This document shows, one piece after another, positions 39,204-51,173 of a stretch of 64,000 nucleotides of DNA. Source of the stretch: Candidatus Bathyarchaeota archaeon (GTDB taxonomy: Archaea; Thermoproteota; Bathyarchaeia; Bathyarchaeales; Bathycorpusculaceae). Each line of letters opens with the position of its first letter. Positions within the stretch are counted from its first letter, which is position 1. A model generated the notes under the pieces. That model searched no databases. It saw only the letters and a list, made by a program, of their open reading frames with translations, and was not told where the DNA came from. The DNA is taken from positions 544,001-608,000 of the forward strand of contig CAWEPZ010000002.1 in NCBI GenBank assembly GCA_963811105.1, given 5' to 3'. The position numbers were made by a program, and so were the translations under genes.

Positions 39204-40763
39204 CTATTTTTTGTGGAACTTCGGAATCTCCTTAGAAATCAGCAGTTCATCTATTCGCAGCAAAAGAGATGAAATCTCATAAGCCCTTCTAATTATTGAG
39301 CGTTTTATTCTAGCTGGTTCCAAGCATACCGTGTCGCAGCAGCTTTCCTCGCTTACTCCGTAACTGCATAGTCCACTCGAATGATGTTTTTTTAATTGTA
39401 GCAAGACATCTGTCGGGTTTAATCCATAATTTTCCGCAAGACACCTTGGGATATCCATCAAAGCAGTGCCAAACGATTCAATTGCAACCTGTTCTCGACT
39501 TGGAAACTTTTTGGCGTAAGATTTTAGTTCTTGCGCTATGTGAGCTTCAACTGCTCCGCTGCCTGGCAAAACTCGGTTATCTTCATTCATTATTTTTAGA
39601 ACTGTCATGCTGTTACGGATAGCGGTTTCCAATTCGTCGATTGCTTGCGGTGTGCTTCCTCTAAGCATAAAGGTTGCGCCTTTGCAGCCTTGAATTGTTA
39701 CCATTTTTTCAAGCTCTATCCTGCCTGTATAAAGTTCTTCTGCAGAGCCTAAGTCTTCTTTCGTAAGTTCCTCTAGTTTCCCAACAATTCTAGCCCCCGT
39801 AGCTCTAGCAACTGCCTCAGTATCCTTCTTGTCAACTTTTTCAAGCGCAAAAATGCCTCGCGAAAGCAGCTTATCTTTCAAGGTTCCATCGATTGGCTGT
39901 TCGCATATCAAAACGTTAGCTTTAAGTTCAATTAACTTGTCTAGGGAGTCTATTCTAATTTTGTTCTCAGCTTCACGGTATTTCCTGAGTTGTTCAGGGC
40001 TTTTTACGTTTAATTTGATTTGGTTTGGTCCTTCACCCTTCATCTTGATTTCTAATCGGTTTATCCCTGGTCTTTGGCTATTGATTGCTATGCGCAAGTT
40101 TTTCAGCTTGTCTGGCATATTTGGGTGAGCTTTTTCTTTCTTTATTACAATTCCTTTGATTAGGTTTGATTCTTGGATGCTGCCCCGAAGGTTCTTCAAA
40201 AATCTCAAGTTATCCTTCTCGAATTTGCCGTCTGAAATCGCCAGCTGGTATGCTTCCATTATCATCGAGCGCATGTTAGGCATCAAAAGTTTTCTTCCAC
40301 AATCAACTATGTCTAAAACATCGATGTTTAGGCTTCCGTAGGCTTTGGCTTGCTGGTCTATTACTTCCAGCGCTTTGTTTGTTGCCAAATAGTAACCGTG
40401 AATAATGGTGTTAGCATGAATCCCCATAGCTAAGAGTTCATCTGCTTTCTTTAGTAAGGCTGACAAGAAAACGACAAAAGTTGCTACCCCGTCGCCTGCT
40501 TCGTTTCGCTGCATCTTGGCAGACTCAGAAATCATAACGGCAGGTGGATACTGAATTGCAAGCTCGTCTAAGATTGCAATCGCGTCTTTGGTGATTTTAA
40601 CAACTTGCTCTGGACCCCTATTGTAAGCTACAAGTTTGTATGCTCCTTGAGGACCGAGTGTGCTTCGGATTTTGTCGGCTGCAAAAATGGCTAAGCGCAG
40701 ATTTTCCCGCCATACATCTTTTCCGGTTGTGCGCTTGTAGTTTTTGGAGATAATGCTTTCCAT
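39204..40763 (-). CDS. Divergent group II chaperonin (thermosome-like)
   Basis: STLGP, ITKD, AGDG, HPNMP, LRG, LPG.GAVE, IPR.LAEN.G, LLRIDE; start MESII at 40763. Confidence 0.88.
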   Translation of the reverse strand: MESIISKNYKRTTGKDVWRENLRLAIFAADKIRSTLGPQGAYKLVAYNRGPEQVVKITKDAIAILDELAIQYPPAVMISESAKMQRNEAGDGVATFVVFLSALLKKADELLAMGIHANTIIHGYYLATNKALEVIDQQAKAYGSLNIDVLDIVDCGRKLLMPNMRSMIMEAYQLAISDGKFEKDNLRFLKNLRGSIQESNLIKGIVIKKEKAHPNMPDKLKNLRIAINSQRPGINRLEIKMKGEGPNQIKLNVKSPEQLRKYREAENKIRIDSLDKLIELKANVLICEQPIDGTLKDKLLSRGIFALEKVDKKDTEAVARATGARIVGKLEELTKEDLGSAEELYTGRIELEKMVTIQGCKGATFMLRGSTPQAIDELETAIRNSMTVLKIMNEDNRVLPGSGAVEAHIAQELKSYAKKFPSREQVAIESFGTALMDIPRCLAENYGLNPTDVLLQLKKHHSSGLCSYGVSEESCCDTVCLEPARIKRSIIRRAYEISSLLLRIDELLISKEIPKFHKK

Positions 40764-40907
40764 CGTTATCCTTCTGTGGTAGTTAATGGCAGAATGCGAA
40801 AGCTTCCGCAAGTCTGCGCATACTTGCTTAGCACCTATTGCTCTTAAAACTAAGTGACTGTAACAACACAACAACAAATATAGAAAACTTTGCACTAAAG
40901 CAACGGG

Positions 40908-41507
40908 TTAAGCAGATTTTGAACAAATAAATAGCCCTATTTCAGCAAATAAGTTTGGAAACAGCTTGATCACACCGTTTTTTCTAATAAATGCTGAGTT
41001 TTCGATGCATACGCTTCTCTTTTTGCAGTATTCTTTGAAATCGGCGATGCCGAGAAAATGAAGGTTTGGGGTATCATACCACTCGTAAGGCAATGCTTTT
41101 GTTACTGGGACTCTGCCTTTGAAGAATATTTGGAATCTGGCTGAGGTTTGCACGAAATTTGGGAATCCAACAATGACTTTCTTTCCTACTCTCAAAGCTT
41201 CTTTCAATGCGAAATCTGGTTTTTTCACCTGTTGCAATGTTTGGTTTAGTATAACGTAATCAAATGCGTTGTCAGCGTATTCAGAAAGTCCGGTGTCTAT
41301 GTCTTGCTGGAAAACGCTTAACCCTTTGGCTACACAGCGGTGGATGGCGCTTTCGCTTAGTTCTATTCCCTGTGCGCGAACATGTTTCTCGTTTATGAGG
41401 CGTGCTAAAAGATCTCCGTCACCGCATCCAAGATCTAATACTGATGCTTCATTGGTAATCCAGCCAAGAATGATTTTGTGCTCAGCTTTTATTGGTGTCT
41501 GCTTCAT
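40908..41507 (-). CDS. metW: Methionine biosynthesis protein MetW
   Basis: [31 protein letters not shown]. Confidence 0.92.
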   Translation of the reverse strand: MKQTPIKAEHKIILGWITNEASVLDLGCGDGDLLARLINEKHVRAQGIELSESAIHRCVAKGLSVFQQDIDTGLSEYADNAFDYVILNQTLQQVKKPDFALKEALRVGKKVIVGFPNFVQTSARFQIFFKGRVPVTKALPYEWYDTPNLHFLGIADFKEYCKKRSVCIENSAFIRKNGVIKLFPNLFAEIGLFICSKSA

Positions 41508-42649
41508 GTAGCACCGCCGTTATTTCCGTTTGACAACGCATATAAGAAGTGACTAATTAGCTCATTTTCCTTTTTCGTCTCCAAAAGGAAAGCGTCATGC
41601 CCATAGGTTGAGTTTATTTCACAGTAGGTAGTGTCGACGCCTGCAAGTTTGCATGCTTTAACGATTTCTTGACTTTGATATGCGGGATATAGCCAGTCAG
41701 ACTTAAACGCTAAAACCATCACCTTCGCTCTTAAGCCGTTGAATATATTGTTCAGGCAATGACCGTTGAGTATGTTGAAGTTGTCGATGGCCTTGGTGAT
41801 GTAAAGGTAGCTGTTTGCGTCAAATCGCTTCACAAAGTTGTCTCCTCGATTATGTAGATAACCTTCGACTTCGAAGTTAGCGCTAAACTTAGCTGTTTCA
41901 CTTTGATGTTTCGTTCGTCTCCCAAATTTTTCAGCCATGGAAACATCACTCATGTAAGTGATATGACCAATCATCCTTGCCACCGCTAAACCTTTAGCTG
42001 GAATAGTGGAACCATAGTAGTTGCCATTCTTCCAATCAGGATCAGCCATGACTGCTTGTCTACCAACTTCATTGAACGCAATTTGCTGAGGAGCATGCTT
42101 CATAGTCGTCGCTATTGGGATAGCAGAGCAAATTCTGTTGGGGTAAGCGACCATCCACTGGAGTACCTGCATTCCACCCATGGAACCGCCAATAACCGTA
42201 AGTAGTTTATCTATGCCTAAATAATCAATTAGATTTGTTTGAGCATTCACCATGTCGCCAATCGTTACTAATGGAAAATCGGTGCCGTAGGGTTTGTCTG
42301 TTTTTGGATTTGGTGAAGATGGACCTGTTGAGCCTTGGCAACCGCCAATGATGTTGGAGCAGATTACAAAGTACTTGTTTGTATCTAAGCCTTTACCGGG
42401 ACCAATTGAGCTATCCCACCAACCATTGGCTTCAGCAGCATGAGCGTCTCCGGTAAGCGCGTGAAGCACTAGAACCGCATTTGATTTTTGTAAGTTTAGT
42501 TCGCCATATGTTTCGTAAGCAAGGGTAATTGGACCAAGTTTCTCGCCTGATTCAAGAAGAAGTTCATTCGGTGGATAAGCGAATGTAAAGTACATTGTCT
42601 TTGAATCTGATTGAGTTTGGTTTACTGTCATTAACTGTGTTGCCTCCAA
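41504..42649 (-). CDS. metX: Homoserine O-acetyltransferase
   Basis: [14 protein letters not shown] nucleophile elbow, SDWLYP, YGHDAFL. Confidence 0.95.
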   Translation of the reverse strand: MEATQLMTVNQTQSDSKTMYFTFAYPPNELLLESGEKLGPITLAYETYGELNLQKSNAVLVLHALTGDAHAAEANGWWDSSIGPGKGLDTNKYFVICSNIIGGCQGSTGPSSPNPKTDKPYGTDFPLVTIGDMVNAQTNLIDYLGIDKLLTVIGGSMGGMQVLQWMVAYPNRICSAIPIATTMKHAPQQIAFNEVGRQAVMADPDWKNGNYYGSTIPAKGLAVARMIGHITYMSDVSMAEKFGRRTKHQSETAKFSANFEVEGYLHNRGDNFVKRFDANSYLYITKAIDNFNILNGHCLNNIFNGLRAKVMVLAFKSDWLYPAYQSQEIVKACKLAGVDTTYCEINSTYGHDAFLLETKKENELISHFLYALSNGNNGGAT

Positions 42650-42660
42650 AATTATGAAAT

Positions 42661-43968
<1,308 letters not shown>

Positions 43969-44020
43969 TCACCTTTTAGGTGCAATACTGCATAACGGCG
44001 TTATATTGGTTTTTGACAAA

Positions 44021-44040
44021 AATATTCCAAAAAGAATATT
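44021..44040. promoter_or_regulatory. Candidate operator AATATTC-N6-GAATATT between divergent metY and the HTH-CBS regulator
   Basis: Perfect 7-bp inverted repeat in the ~100-bp divergent promoter region. Confidence 0.45.
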
Positions 44041-44064
44041 ACCCAACAAAACAATTACTGAAAT

Positions 44065-44619
44065 ATGTTCCCAACCTTAGAAGACATAGCCAAACGCAGA
44101 CGCCAACTAGGACTAAAACAGTCCGAACTAGCCAAAATGACAGGTGTAAGCCAATCCCTAATCGCCAAGTTAGAAGCCGGAGCCATCGACTCATCCTACA
44201 CCAAGGTAAAAACGATATTTGACGTCCTGGATCGATTGGAATTCAAGACAAAAACTCAGGCCGACAAGGTTCTTCACAAAAATGTTGTAGCGGTCCAAAA
44301 GGACGAACCCATATCGAAAGTGGTAAAAATAATGAAGGAATACGGCTACTCACAGATACCAGTCTTCGAAGGCAAACATCCCGTTGGTAGCATATCCGAA
44401 AAGGCCATACTGCGCCAAATCTTGGCAGGCAAAGACCTTGACGAGATATCTAAGTTGCCGACGGAAGAAATCATGGAAGAAGCTTTTCCGCAGATAAATG
44501 AAGATGCCCCATTAGCGTTGATTTCAAGCCTCTTACAGAATTACTCGGCGGTTTTGGTTTCCCAAAAAGGCGAAGTAATAGGCATTATCACGAAGGCTGA
44601 TTTGCTAAGAATGATCTAG
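44065..44619 (+). CDS. XRE-HTH plus CBS-pair transcriptional regulator
   Basis: GLKQSELAKMTGVSQSLIAKLE; YSQIPV; GIITKADLL. Confidence 0.9.
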   Translation: MFPTLEDIAKRRRQLGLKQSELAKMTGVSQSLIAKLEAGAIDSSYTKVKTIFDVLDRLEFKTKTQADKVLHKNVVAVQKDEPISKVVKIMKEYGYSQIPVFEGKHPVGSISEKAILRQILAGKDLDEISKLPTEEIMEEAFPQINEDAPLALISSLLQNYSAVLVSQKGEVIGIITKADLLRMI

Positions 44620-44691
44620 TCCTATTCTACCTCAAGTTTCTGATATAACATTTAATTTATTAGGTATAATGATGTTATAATTACGAATCAT

Positions 44692-45072
44692 ATGAGTGCT
44701 CGATGCGAGTCTGTAGGAAAATTTATCGTTCCTATTTTCAGATCCATAGTTGCAAAAGAACTCATAAACACTTACCATTTAACACAGGTTGAGGCGGCAA
44801 AGAGGCTCAAAACTACCCAAGCGGCAGTAAGCCAATATATAAACTCAAAACGCGCTATCAAAGGTGTCATTCAATTCAACGATATATTGCCGAGAATCCA
44901 AACAGAGGCGAAAAAAACCGCTAAACAACTTGCAAATCAAGAAACAACCTGGGATGAAGTTACACTTGATTTCTGCAAGCTCTGCTCCACATTTTATTTA
45001 ACGGAAGAAGATGAAACAGGCGATAACTACATCAATTTGAAAACCTTAACTTTAGTTGAATTTGAGATGTAA
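44692..45072 (+). CDS. Predicted HTH transcriptional regulator with Cys motifs
   Basis: RCE...LTQVEAAKRLKTTQAAVSQYI..KR; FCKLC. Confidence 0.8.
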   Translation: MSARCESVGKFIVPIFRSIVAKELINTYHLTQVEAAKRLKTTQAAVSQYINSKRAIKGVIQFNDILPRIQTEAKKTAKQLANQETTWDEVTLDFCKLCSTFYLTEEDETGDNYINLKTLTLVEFEM

Positions 45073-45376
45073 TGTAAACTTACAGCTGAACCTTATGGTA
45101 AGCCGTTGGTTGTGGTATTTTTCGGAGTAGTCGACCCTGTTATGGAACTATGACTTATGTTGAAAAACAGTTACACACACCTGTAGAGTGTATCACTATC
45201 AGAGTATACAGGTAAAAAAAAAGTTTTACGGTAGCAAACCAAAAACACCAAAAAATATAGCATTAATGCAATTGCTATATTGCTCGTTCAAAGGATATAG
45301 AACCAAGCGTACTGGATCCCGAAGAATAAAAATAATCGATGCAAAATCGCATCGGTTCTGAACTTTTCTCTGATGC

Positions 45377-45517
45377 CTAGTCATCAATTATTTCAATCAT
45401 AGGCTTTCCGCAGCACTCGGGAGCCTTCTCAATGTTACGTCTAACGTCACCGGTGCGAGAAACCTCAAACTCACTTCGTGCCTTATTACCGCATATTGTG
45501 CACATAAACGTTGGCAT
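45377..45517 (-). CDS. 46-aa CxxC...CCG metal-binding microprotein
   Basis: MPTFMCTICGNKARSEFEVSRTGDVRRNIEKAPECCGKPMIEIIDD. Confidence 0.7.
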   Translation of the reverse strand: MPTFMCTICGNKARSEFEVSRTGDVRRNIEKAPECCGKPMIEIIDD

Positions 45518-45783
45518 CTAAAGCTCAAATCCATGTTAAGGAAAGCTACATTATAAAACAATATGCCTAATTTATAAACAGGAATAGAATGAGAAAACCG
45601 CTGTAATGTGCCTAATTTTTTAACTACTTAAACACATATACTTATAAGTATGTATGCACATATTGTGTTATGTGAATAAGTGAATCACCACAAATTAATA
45701 GAGCAAACAAGCAGAAAATTTACCATTCGCTTACTCACAAAATTGTGACACACAAAGCATGCACGAAAACAAGTGATTAAAAA

Positions 45784-45927
45784 ATGGGTCGAATCAATGT
45801 AGACATCTCACAAGAAATAGAAAAGCAACTAAGACTAAAAACAGTAGAAAAATTCGGGGGCAAAAAAGGCGACTTATCCCGAGCAGTTCAAGAAGCAGTA
45901 AAAATATGGATCAACCAAAAAGAATAA
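45784..45927 (+). CDS. 47-aa ribbon-helix-helix DNA-binding protein
   Basis: MGRINVDISQEIEKQLR...GKKGDLSRAVQEAVKIW: alternating N-terminal strand plus two helices. Confidence 0.75.
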   Translation: MGRINVDISQEIEKQLRLKTVEKFGGKKGDLSRAVQEAVKIWINQKE

Positions 45928-45977
45928 CTAATGAAGTCGTTGCCTCTTCAAGCACAGTAACTAAATTATTAAGCATG

Positions 45978-46066
45978 CCTCGGTAAAAGGCGAGGGAAGC
46001 CAGTTAGCCTCAAGCATCCAATCGCAAGGGTGTCATTATGGGCAATCTAGCTGAAAGCCCCTTTTC
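45978..46066 (+). ncRNA. Candidate structured small RNA (unassigned)
   Basis: GC-rich patch in an AT-rich spacer; pairings CAGTTAG/CTAGCTG, GCATCC/GGGTGT, GGG/CCC; upstream TTATTAA; downstream T tract. Confidence 0.35.
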
Positions 46067-46952
46067 AAAATGGTCCTCTCAAAAATTTGGTTTACCCGGT
46101 TGATGGGAATAGTAAGAAAAGTTTAAACGATTCAGAACAAAAAACTCTGATTAATAAGGTGGAGAATTATGGTTAGTAGAAAATTGGAACTTGTTTTCAT
46201 CGACAAGGAAGGGAAATATTACCCTCTAGACGAAGTTGATCGTGAAGAATTGGCAATAGGTTTAGAAAAAATTTCCAAAGAAGTCGCCAAACGACTGCAA
46301 TTGTTAAAAGAGCAAAGATAAAATCGTGTAACGCTGACATTTCGAATTGTTGATTTAACGTTTTTCGCGACTTTTTCCACCAAGACAGCAGCCAAACCAA
46401 TTCGCACAATCAACATACTTGGCCTCATCCTTTAAAGATGAGCCTCCTTTGGAAAAAACAAAAACCTAATTACCATTAACTTATAATTTTTTTCCATTTA
46501 AGAAACCTCAACCAATCCTCTAGTACAGGGATAAAGAAAGAAGGAAAATAGCGAGTTCCCTGTTCGCCATTTTACAATGTAAATTACTCTGCAGAGGATG
46601 ATAGCCTGGGAGAGATGGGCGCTTATGTTAAATTTGTTCGAAATTAAGTCTCGGAGCAACAGTTTTTTTTCCCCGTTTTTATTTTTTTCAAATAAATTTG
46701 ATTGTTGCTAAAAGCCTTTTAGCTAAAAAGGAAAAAAGTGTGTTCGAATCATGCATTTTCAAAGAGGCATGTTTGAGATTTGAATTACACTCTTTTCTAC
46801 GGTTGGTAATCGTAGACGAAGATCAATAATTTTGAAGTTACAGAAGTGGATTATCACTTATTCAGCTATTAGAGTTAACGCGACACCAAAGGAGAAAATA
46901 ATGCTCGATATCTTGGAATAAATTCTGTGAAACAAACGTTTAGCAGTTTTCG

Positions 46953-47755
46953 TTAAATGGTTCGTGTCATTTTATTGGTTATATCTGTAATATCGCCTTG
47001 GTCATACTGCATTAAGCGCATGTTGACTCCCGCTCAGCTCCACATAACTGTTATGCGTTTCTTCGTCATTGACCCATGATCCAGTGTTCACCAAATTCTG
47101 GGTCGGGCTTACAAATGGTCTATGAGTGTGACCAAAAACAAGCAATTGCCCTTCTCTCACATTCTGGGCTGCTTTCTTCTCAACGTCGCCAAAAGCGGTT
47201 AGATAATCTATCCTTCGGAGGTGAAATCAAATGTTGCAAGTATTTCTCTTTCGTAGAATGCAATTCAATAAGATCCGCGATAGAACCTAAAACGTGATCA
47301 CCTGTGGTCACCCACTTCCATACATCAGACCTTACTTGCCCACCTCCATCAGACATGTTATCACAAAGCAACTCCATAAACGGTGCCCGCTGTTCAAAAT
47401 CAAACTCATATCCATGCTTGAATACGTACGTTACACCGTTTCCCGGCAAAGTGAGTTCACTTCTAAATTCAAGAGGATATTTGTGATTAGCCAATTCTAA
47501 GAGATGATAATCATGATTGCCCACAACGTAGTAGACGGTTTTTTTCTGTTTTAGTGTAAGAAGAGTTTGCAAGATTTCATGGTTTTCAAGAAAGATCCCG
47601 CTTACATCTCTTCTCCACATATCAATGAAGTCGCCCAATATTACCAATGCATCAATATCCGCTCTACTTGTCAGGGCTTGAAGAAAAGTGTTAAGCTCAT
47701 CGGCGTTTGATTGCGAATAACCTAAATGAACATCAGAAATAGTCAGAATTGTCAC
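46953..47755 (-). CDS. Calcineurin-like metallophosphoesterase (LpxH-like), frameshifted near 47200 and probably near 47030
   Basis: SDVHLG, GDFID, GNHD, KHG; the shifted frame supplies FGHTH and NTGSW. Confidence 0.75.
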
Positions 47756-48029
47756 ATGGAGTCGCCATTATATTATAGATACTTTGTTTTGTTATTAATA
47801 GTCTGAGTCTAATAAGTGTTAAGAAAAATTAGGGAAGTGTTAAGAATAGCATTTTCAAAATAGTAATTCATCTAAGGCTTCTAAATCATATTTCAATTTA
47901 TTTAGCAATTGTTTGCGGTAGTATTTGAAAGAGAAAAGAGGTTATGAACAGCTTCTAACATATCGAGTTGAGGGTAATTATTTTCTTAGTATTTGCTGAA
48001 CCGTTCCGGATGTTTCACAGCATATTATT

Positions 48030-48485
48030 TTATTTCTTAGAAAGGACTGCCTGAATTATTTGAACCAAGTCAATATTCGAAACGCTTACTGGATTAAAAA
48101 GTCCCTTAACTGTGTTTCCCACAGTTTCAATAATTTTAAGTTGCAATTCTTTTCTAGTAGCCAATACAGCATCAACATTTCCTTTATGAATTGTCCAAAT
48201 CACATCGTTATCAGATGGACGGTTAGGCGGAAACTCATTTGTAATATTACCCGTCAACGCGCCGATGGTGGTTTTGAACACGCCTTTCACAGTTCCGTTG
48301 TCAAAATTTGTTGTAATTACTGTATCAGTGTCAGTCGTAACTTGTTTCATTGCATTGTCCAACAATGCTTTGAATTGTTCCCCAAATTCCTTCAGTTGAT
48401 TGCTGGCGTCGCTTAAGCTTGCATCGATACTTTTTTGAGTGTTTTGAAAAAAACTCATGGCGTTATTATTTAGAATTTCAGACAT
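48030..48485 (-). CDS. Hypothetical protein
   Basis: Intact 151-aa ORF with an upstream SD-like GTGA. Confidence 0.65.
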   Translation of the reverse strand: MSEILNNNAMSFFQNTQKSIDASLSDASNQLKEFGEQFKALLDNAMKQVTTDTDTVITTNFDNGTVKGVFKTTIGALTGNITNEFPPNRPSDNDVIWTIHKGNVDAVLATRKELQLKIIETVGNTVKGLFNPVSVSNIDLVQIIQAVLSKK

Positions 48486-48644
48486 ATCAAATCACGCTAC
48501 TTACTATTTATGCAACTTGCTTATGAAATTTTCCAAACAATGTTCATACTAATCAAATGGTTTACATCGGGTATTGCACTCTATGAATTCAGAGACTTCG
48601 ATACATAAACGGTTTGAGCTTTGCCAAACATCAGAAGAATGGTT

Positions 48645-51173
48645 CTAGAATATTCTCCTGAGCATGTATGGTAAGGAGAGGACATCGCCTTCGACCATGA
48701 TAAAGCCAGGAATGCCTTTCAGCAGTTTCAGTACGGGACTTTCCTTTGAAGAGTACCTCCCAACCATGAAGTTGGGTCCAACCATTCTTATCTCATCGTG
48801 GAAAAGGTTGCCGGTAAAGTCGAACATGTCCATCATATCCTTGGTAAATTTCGTGTTAGATGTTCCCGGAAGTACGCCTCCGAAGTTGTAGTTGCACTTC
48901 AGTGACCCCTGGTCCATGAGGTACGTGAATCTGAACATTACAGGGGAGACTGCGGAGTCAGAAATGAACCTGCCCTCCCACTTTCCAAGCACTTCTTCAG
49001 CATTGGGTTTCCTTGACTTGCTGGAGAAAATTGCCTTAAAGTCGTCCTGCGTCATGAAGTCAACTGAATACCGCCGCGACATGGAGAATGTCAGAATTTG
49101 GACTCCTCTTGGTGGGTCTTCTCCAGCGAACGCCTGCCCAAGGATGGTATCCTTGTCAATAATCTTCAACAGATCGTAGAATTTTTCAAACTCTGGTTCC
49201 AAGTATTTAAGGCGTATTACCTTTCCGAATCCCGGATACTCAGTATCGATGGGCTGGTTCTTCGCAAATACGGGCGCATAATAGGGGTGGGTCACCCCGT
49301 CGATGATGTCGTTACTTTGCACGAATCTCTTCCAGAATCCACCAGCATAAAGAAGGACGGATGTGAGGGATGCGGGATCAGCGGTGAAGAAGCCCTTCCA
49401 GTATCTGTTGTTCCAGATCATCAAGGTCTTGGGGTCAAATGACCAATTCTCGCCGTCCACTATCTCCATTTTCGCCGAGTTTAAAAGGGCGCTGCTTGGC
49501 AAGATTGTGTCGCTGATCTCGTACTTTTGGTTGAGCTGGTTGGTGCGACAATACATCGGCTGTTCCAAGGAGCAAATCTGGCCCAACTTCTCTGTGATCT
49601 CGGGGGCTGCAAAGTTGCTCCAACCCTTGTTTATGCGATCAGCAACCAAGGTGGCGAGAGACATCACAGTCAGTTGCGGGTTGACGCCCACCGCGGTTGG
49701 AAAGACACTGGCATCACAAACGAAGAGATTCCTGTAGTCGTATACCTTACAGTTCGAGTCCACAACACATATTTTACTGTCGTTACCCATCCGGTTTCCT
49801 CCTTGCGGGTGTGCAGAACCCATAAGCAAACTCTTTGAGTCGTTCCTGATTGCCTCAACCAGGTTCGGTATCTGCCCAGTCCCTTCGATAATTGGCAACG
49901 CCAAGTGTGATGTGATCACTTTGGTTGCTCCCAATCCAAACCACATCTTTGCCACAACTTCGACCCCTTTGGCGATCATGTCAATCTCCATTGGACTAAG
50001 AGAGTAACTCACTCGAGGAACTCCGTCGTTCGCTATGGTGATGGTGCCGTTCGACCCATCCCTAACCAGGATGCCTGCCATAGAATAGTGCTGGTATCTC
50101 TTCATCAGTTCTTCATGTTGCCCTCCACCAATGGGCAGGGCCATCGAGAACTGGAAGGGTGGCAGATAGATTCCTTCCACAAGGAACCCTCCCTGCTCTA
50201 CTCCGTTAGTTACCCCGAACTGGTGGAGTGTGTAGGCCATTGGGATACCTTGGTTAGCTCTGACTTCGAACGGAAAGTCACCGAGAACAAAGGGCGCAGG
50301 GTGGAGGGCAAGCCCTTTTCCTGCCTTGTTCTTTGCGATGCCATTCTTCATAAGCAAAGCTGTGGATGCTATGGCGCCTGCGGCTACAATGACCAACTTC
50401 GCGTTAACCCTAATCTTGCAGACCTCGTTATCATCAGCATCCTGGAAACTACCTTCGACCCCGTCAACGACCCCATCTGAAGATGTGATTGTCTCAGCGG
50501 AGCAGTTACAGTAAATGCGGAGCTGCGAGTCGGGGTTGTTTAACGCATTGTGGATGTATGTGATCCTCGGCTCTTGCTTTGTTTCATAGTGGCACCCAAG
50601 GTGACACAGCCCACATTGCATGCAATTGGTGCAGTTGCGAGAATTCGGACGATGCTCAGTGTAACCCATCATCTGACAGCCCTTTCGGAGCATCAAACTG
50701 TTCCGATCTAGCTCCGCCTCGGTCACTTCAGTGACATGAATCTCACGTGAAACCTCAGCAGTGGCATTTTCCCATTCTTGGTCAGAGACGTCCACACCCA
50801 TCTCTCTCCACTGTTTTCGAACAATGTCTGGTATCGGGAAGCAGACTGCGTCGTTGATGTTCGTTGAGCCGCCAAGGCACGAACCTTGGGCAATTGCTAT
50901 TCTGAGATCATCGGTGAAGTTTGCTCCGCTGTTCTTCCAGAGTAAGGGGATCATGTCCTCGTCAATCTGATTCATGTCTTCGTCGTCATAGTATCCGCCT
51001 TTCTCAAGCAGAATCACTGACTTACCTGCATCACAGAACTTCTTTGCCAATACAGCGCCAGCAGCGCCTGAGCCAATGACACAAACATCTGTGTTCTCGA
51101 GCACATCGCCGTCGAGTTTGTGATAGGTCTCTTTTCTATACTTATAGTCGTCGATGCCGTAGATGCAGTTCAT
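48645..51173 (-). CDS. Large GMC oxidoreductase (fatty-alcohol-oxidase-like) with a ~300-aa C-terminal beta-rich extension
   Basis: DVCVIGSGAAG, LGGSTNIN, CMQCGLCHLGC, SAHPQGGNRMG, DASVFPT..GVNP; ATG at 51173 overlaps the upstream stop (ATGA). Confidence 0.9.
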   Translation of the reverse strand: MNCIYGIDDYKYRKETYHKLDGDVLENTDVCVIGSGAAGAVLAKKFCDAGKSVILLEKGGYYDDEDMNQIDEDMIPLLWKNSGANFTDDLRIAIAQGSCLGGSTNINDAVCFPIPDIVRKQWREMGVDVSDQEWENATAEVSREIHVTEVTEAELDRNSLMLRKGCQMMGYTEHRPNSRNCTNCMQCGLCHLGCHYETKQEPRITYIHNALNNPDSQLRIYCNCSAETITSSDGVVDGVEGSFQDADDNEVCKIRVNAKLVIVAAGAIASTALLMKNGIAKNKAGKGLALHPAPFVLGDFPFEVRANQGIPMAYTLHQFGVTNGVEQGGFLVEGIYLPPFQFSMALPIGGGQHEELMKRYQHYSMAGILVRDGSNGTITIANDGVPRVSYSLSPMEIDMIAKGVEVVAKMWFGLGATKVITSHLALPIIEGTGQIPNLVEAIRNDSKSLLMGSAHPQGGNRMGNDSKICVVDSNCKVYDYRNLFVCDASVFPTAVGVNPQLTVMSLATLVADRINKGWSNFAAPEITEKLGQICSLEQPMYCRTNQLNQKYEISDTILPSSALLNSAKMEIVDGENWSFDPKTLMIWNNRYWKGFFTADPASLTSVLLYAGGFWKRFVQSNDIIDGVTHPYYAPVFAKNQPIDTEYPGFGKVIRLKYLEPEFEKFYDLLKIIDKDTILGQAFAGEDPPRGVQILTFSMSRRYSVDFMTQDDFKAIFSSKSRKPNAEEVLGKWEGRFISDSAVSPVMFRFTYLMDQGSLKCNYNFGGVLPGTSNTKFTKDMMDMFDFTGNLFHDEIRMVGPNFMVGRYSSKESPVLKLLKGIPGFIMVEGDVLSLPYMLRRIF

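Noticed and set aside
45978-46000. Resemblance of CCTCGGTAAAAGGCGA to an HDV ribozyme segment
   Set aside because: The nested double-pseudoknot topology could not be built; kept only as an unassigned structured RNA
46551-46620. Fluoride- or ZTP-like riboswitch (GCGA...GTTCGCC; GCCTGGG)
   Set aside because: Lacks the GGCGATGG and 3' pseudoknot consensus, and no cognate gene follows
48664-50970. Many antisense and alternative-frame ORFs over the GMC gene (and similar ones over atp, cox and feoB)
   Set aside because: No motifs or SD sites; explained by codon bias of the real genes
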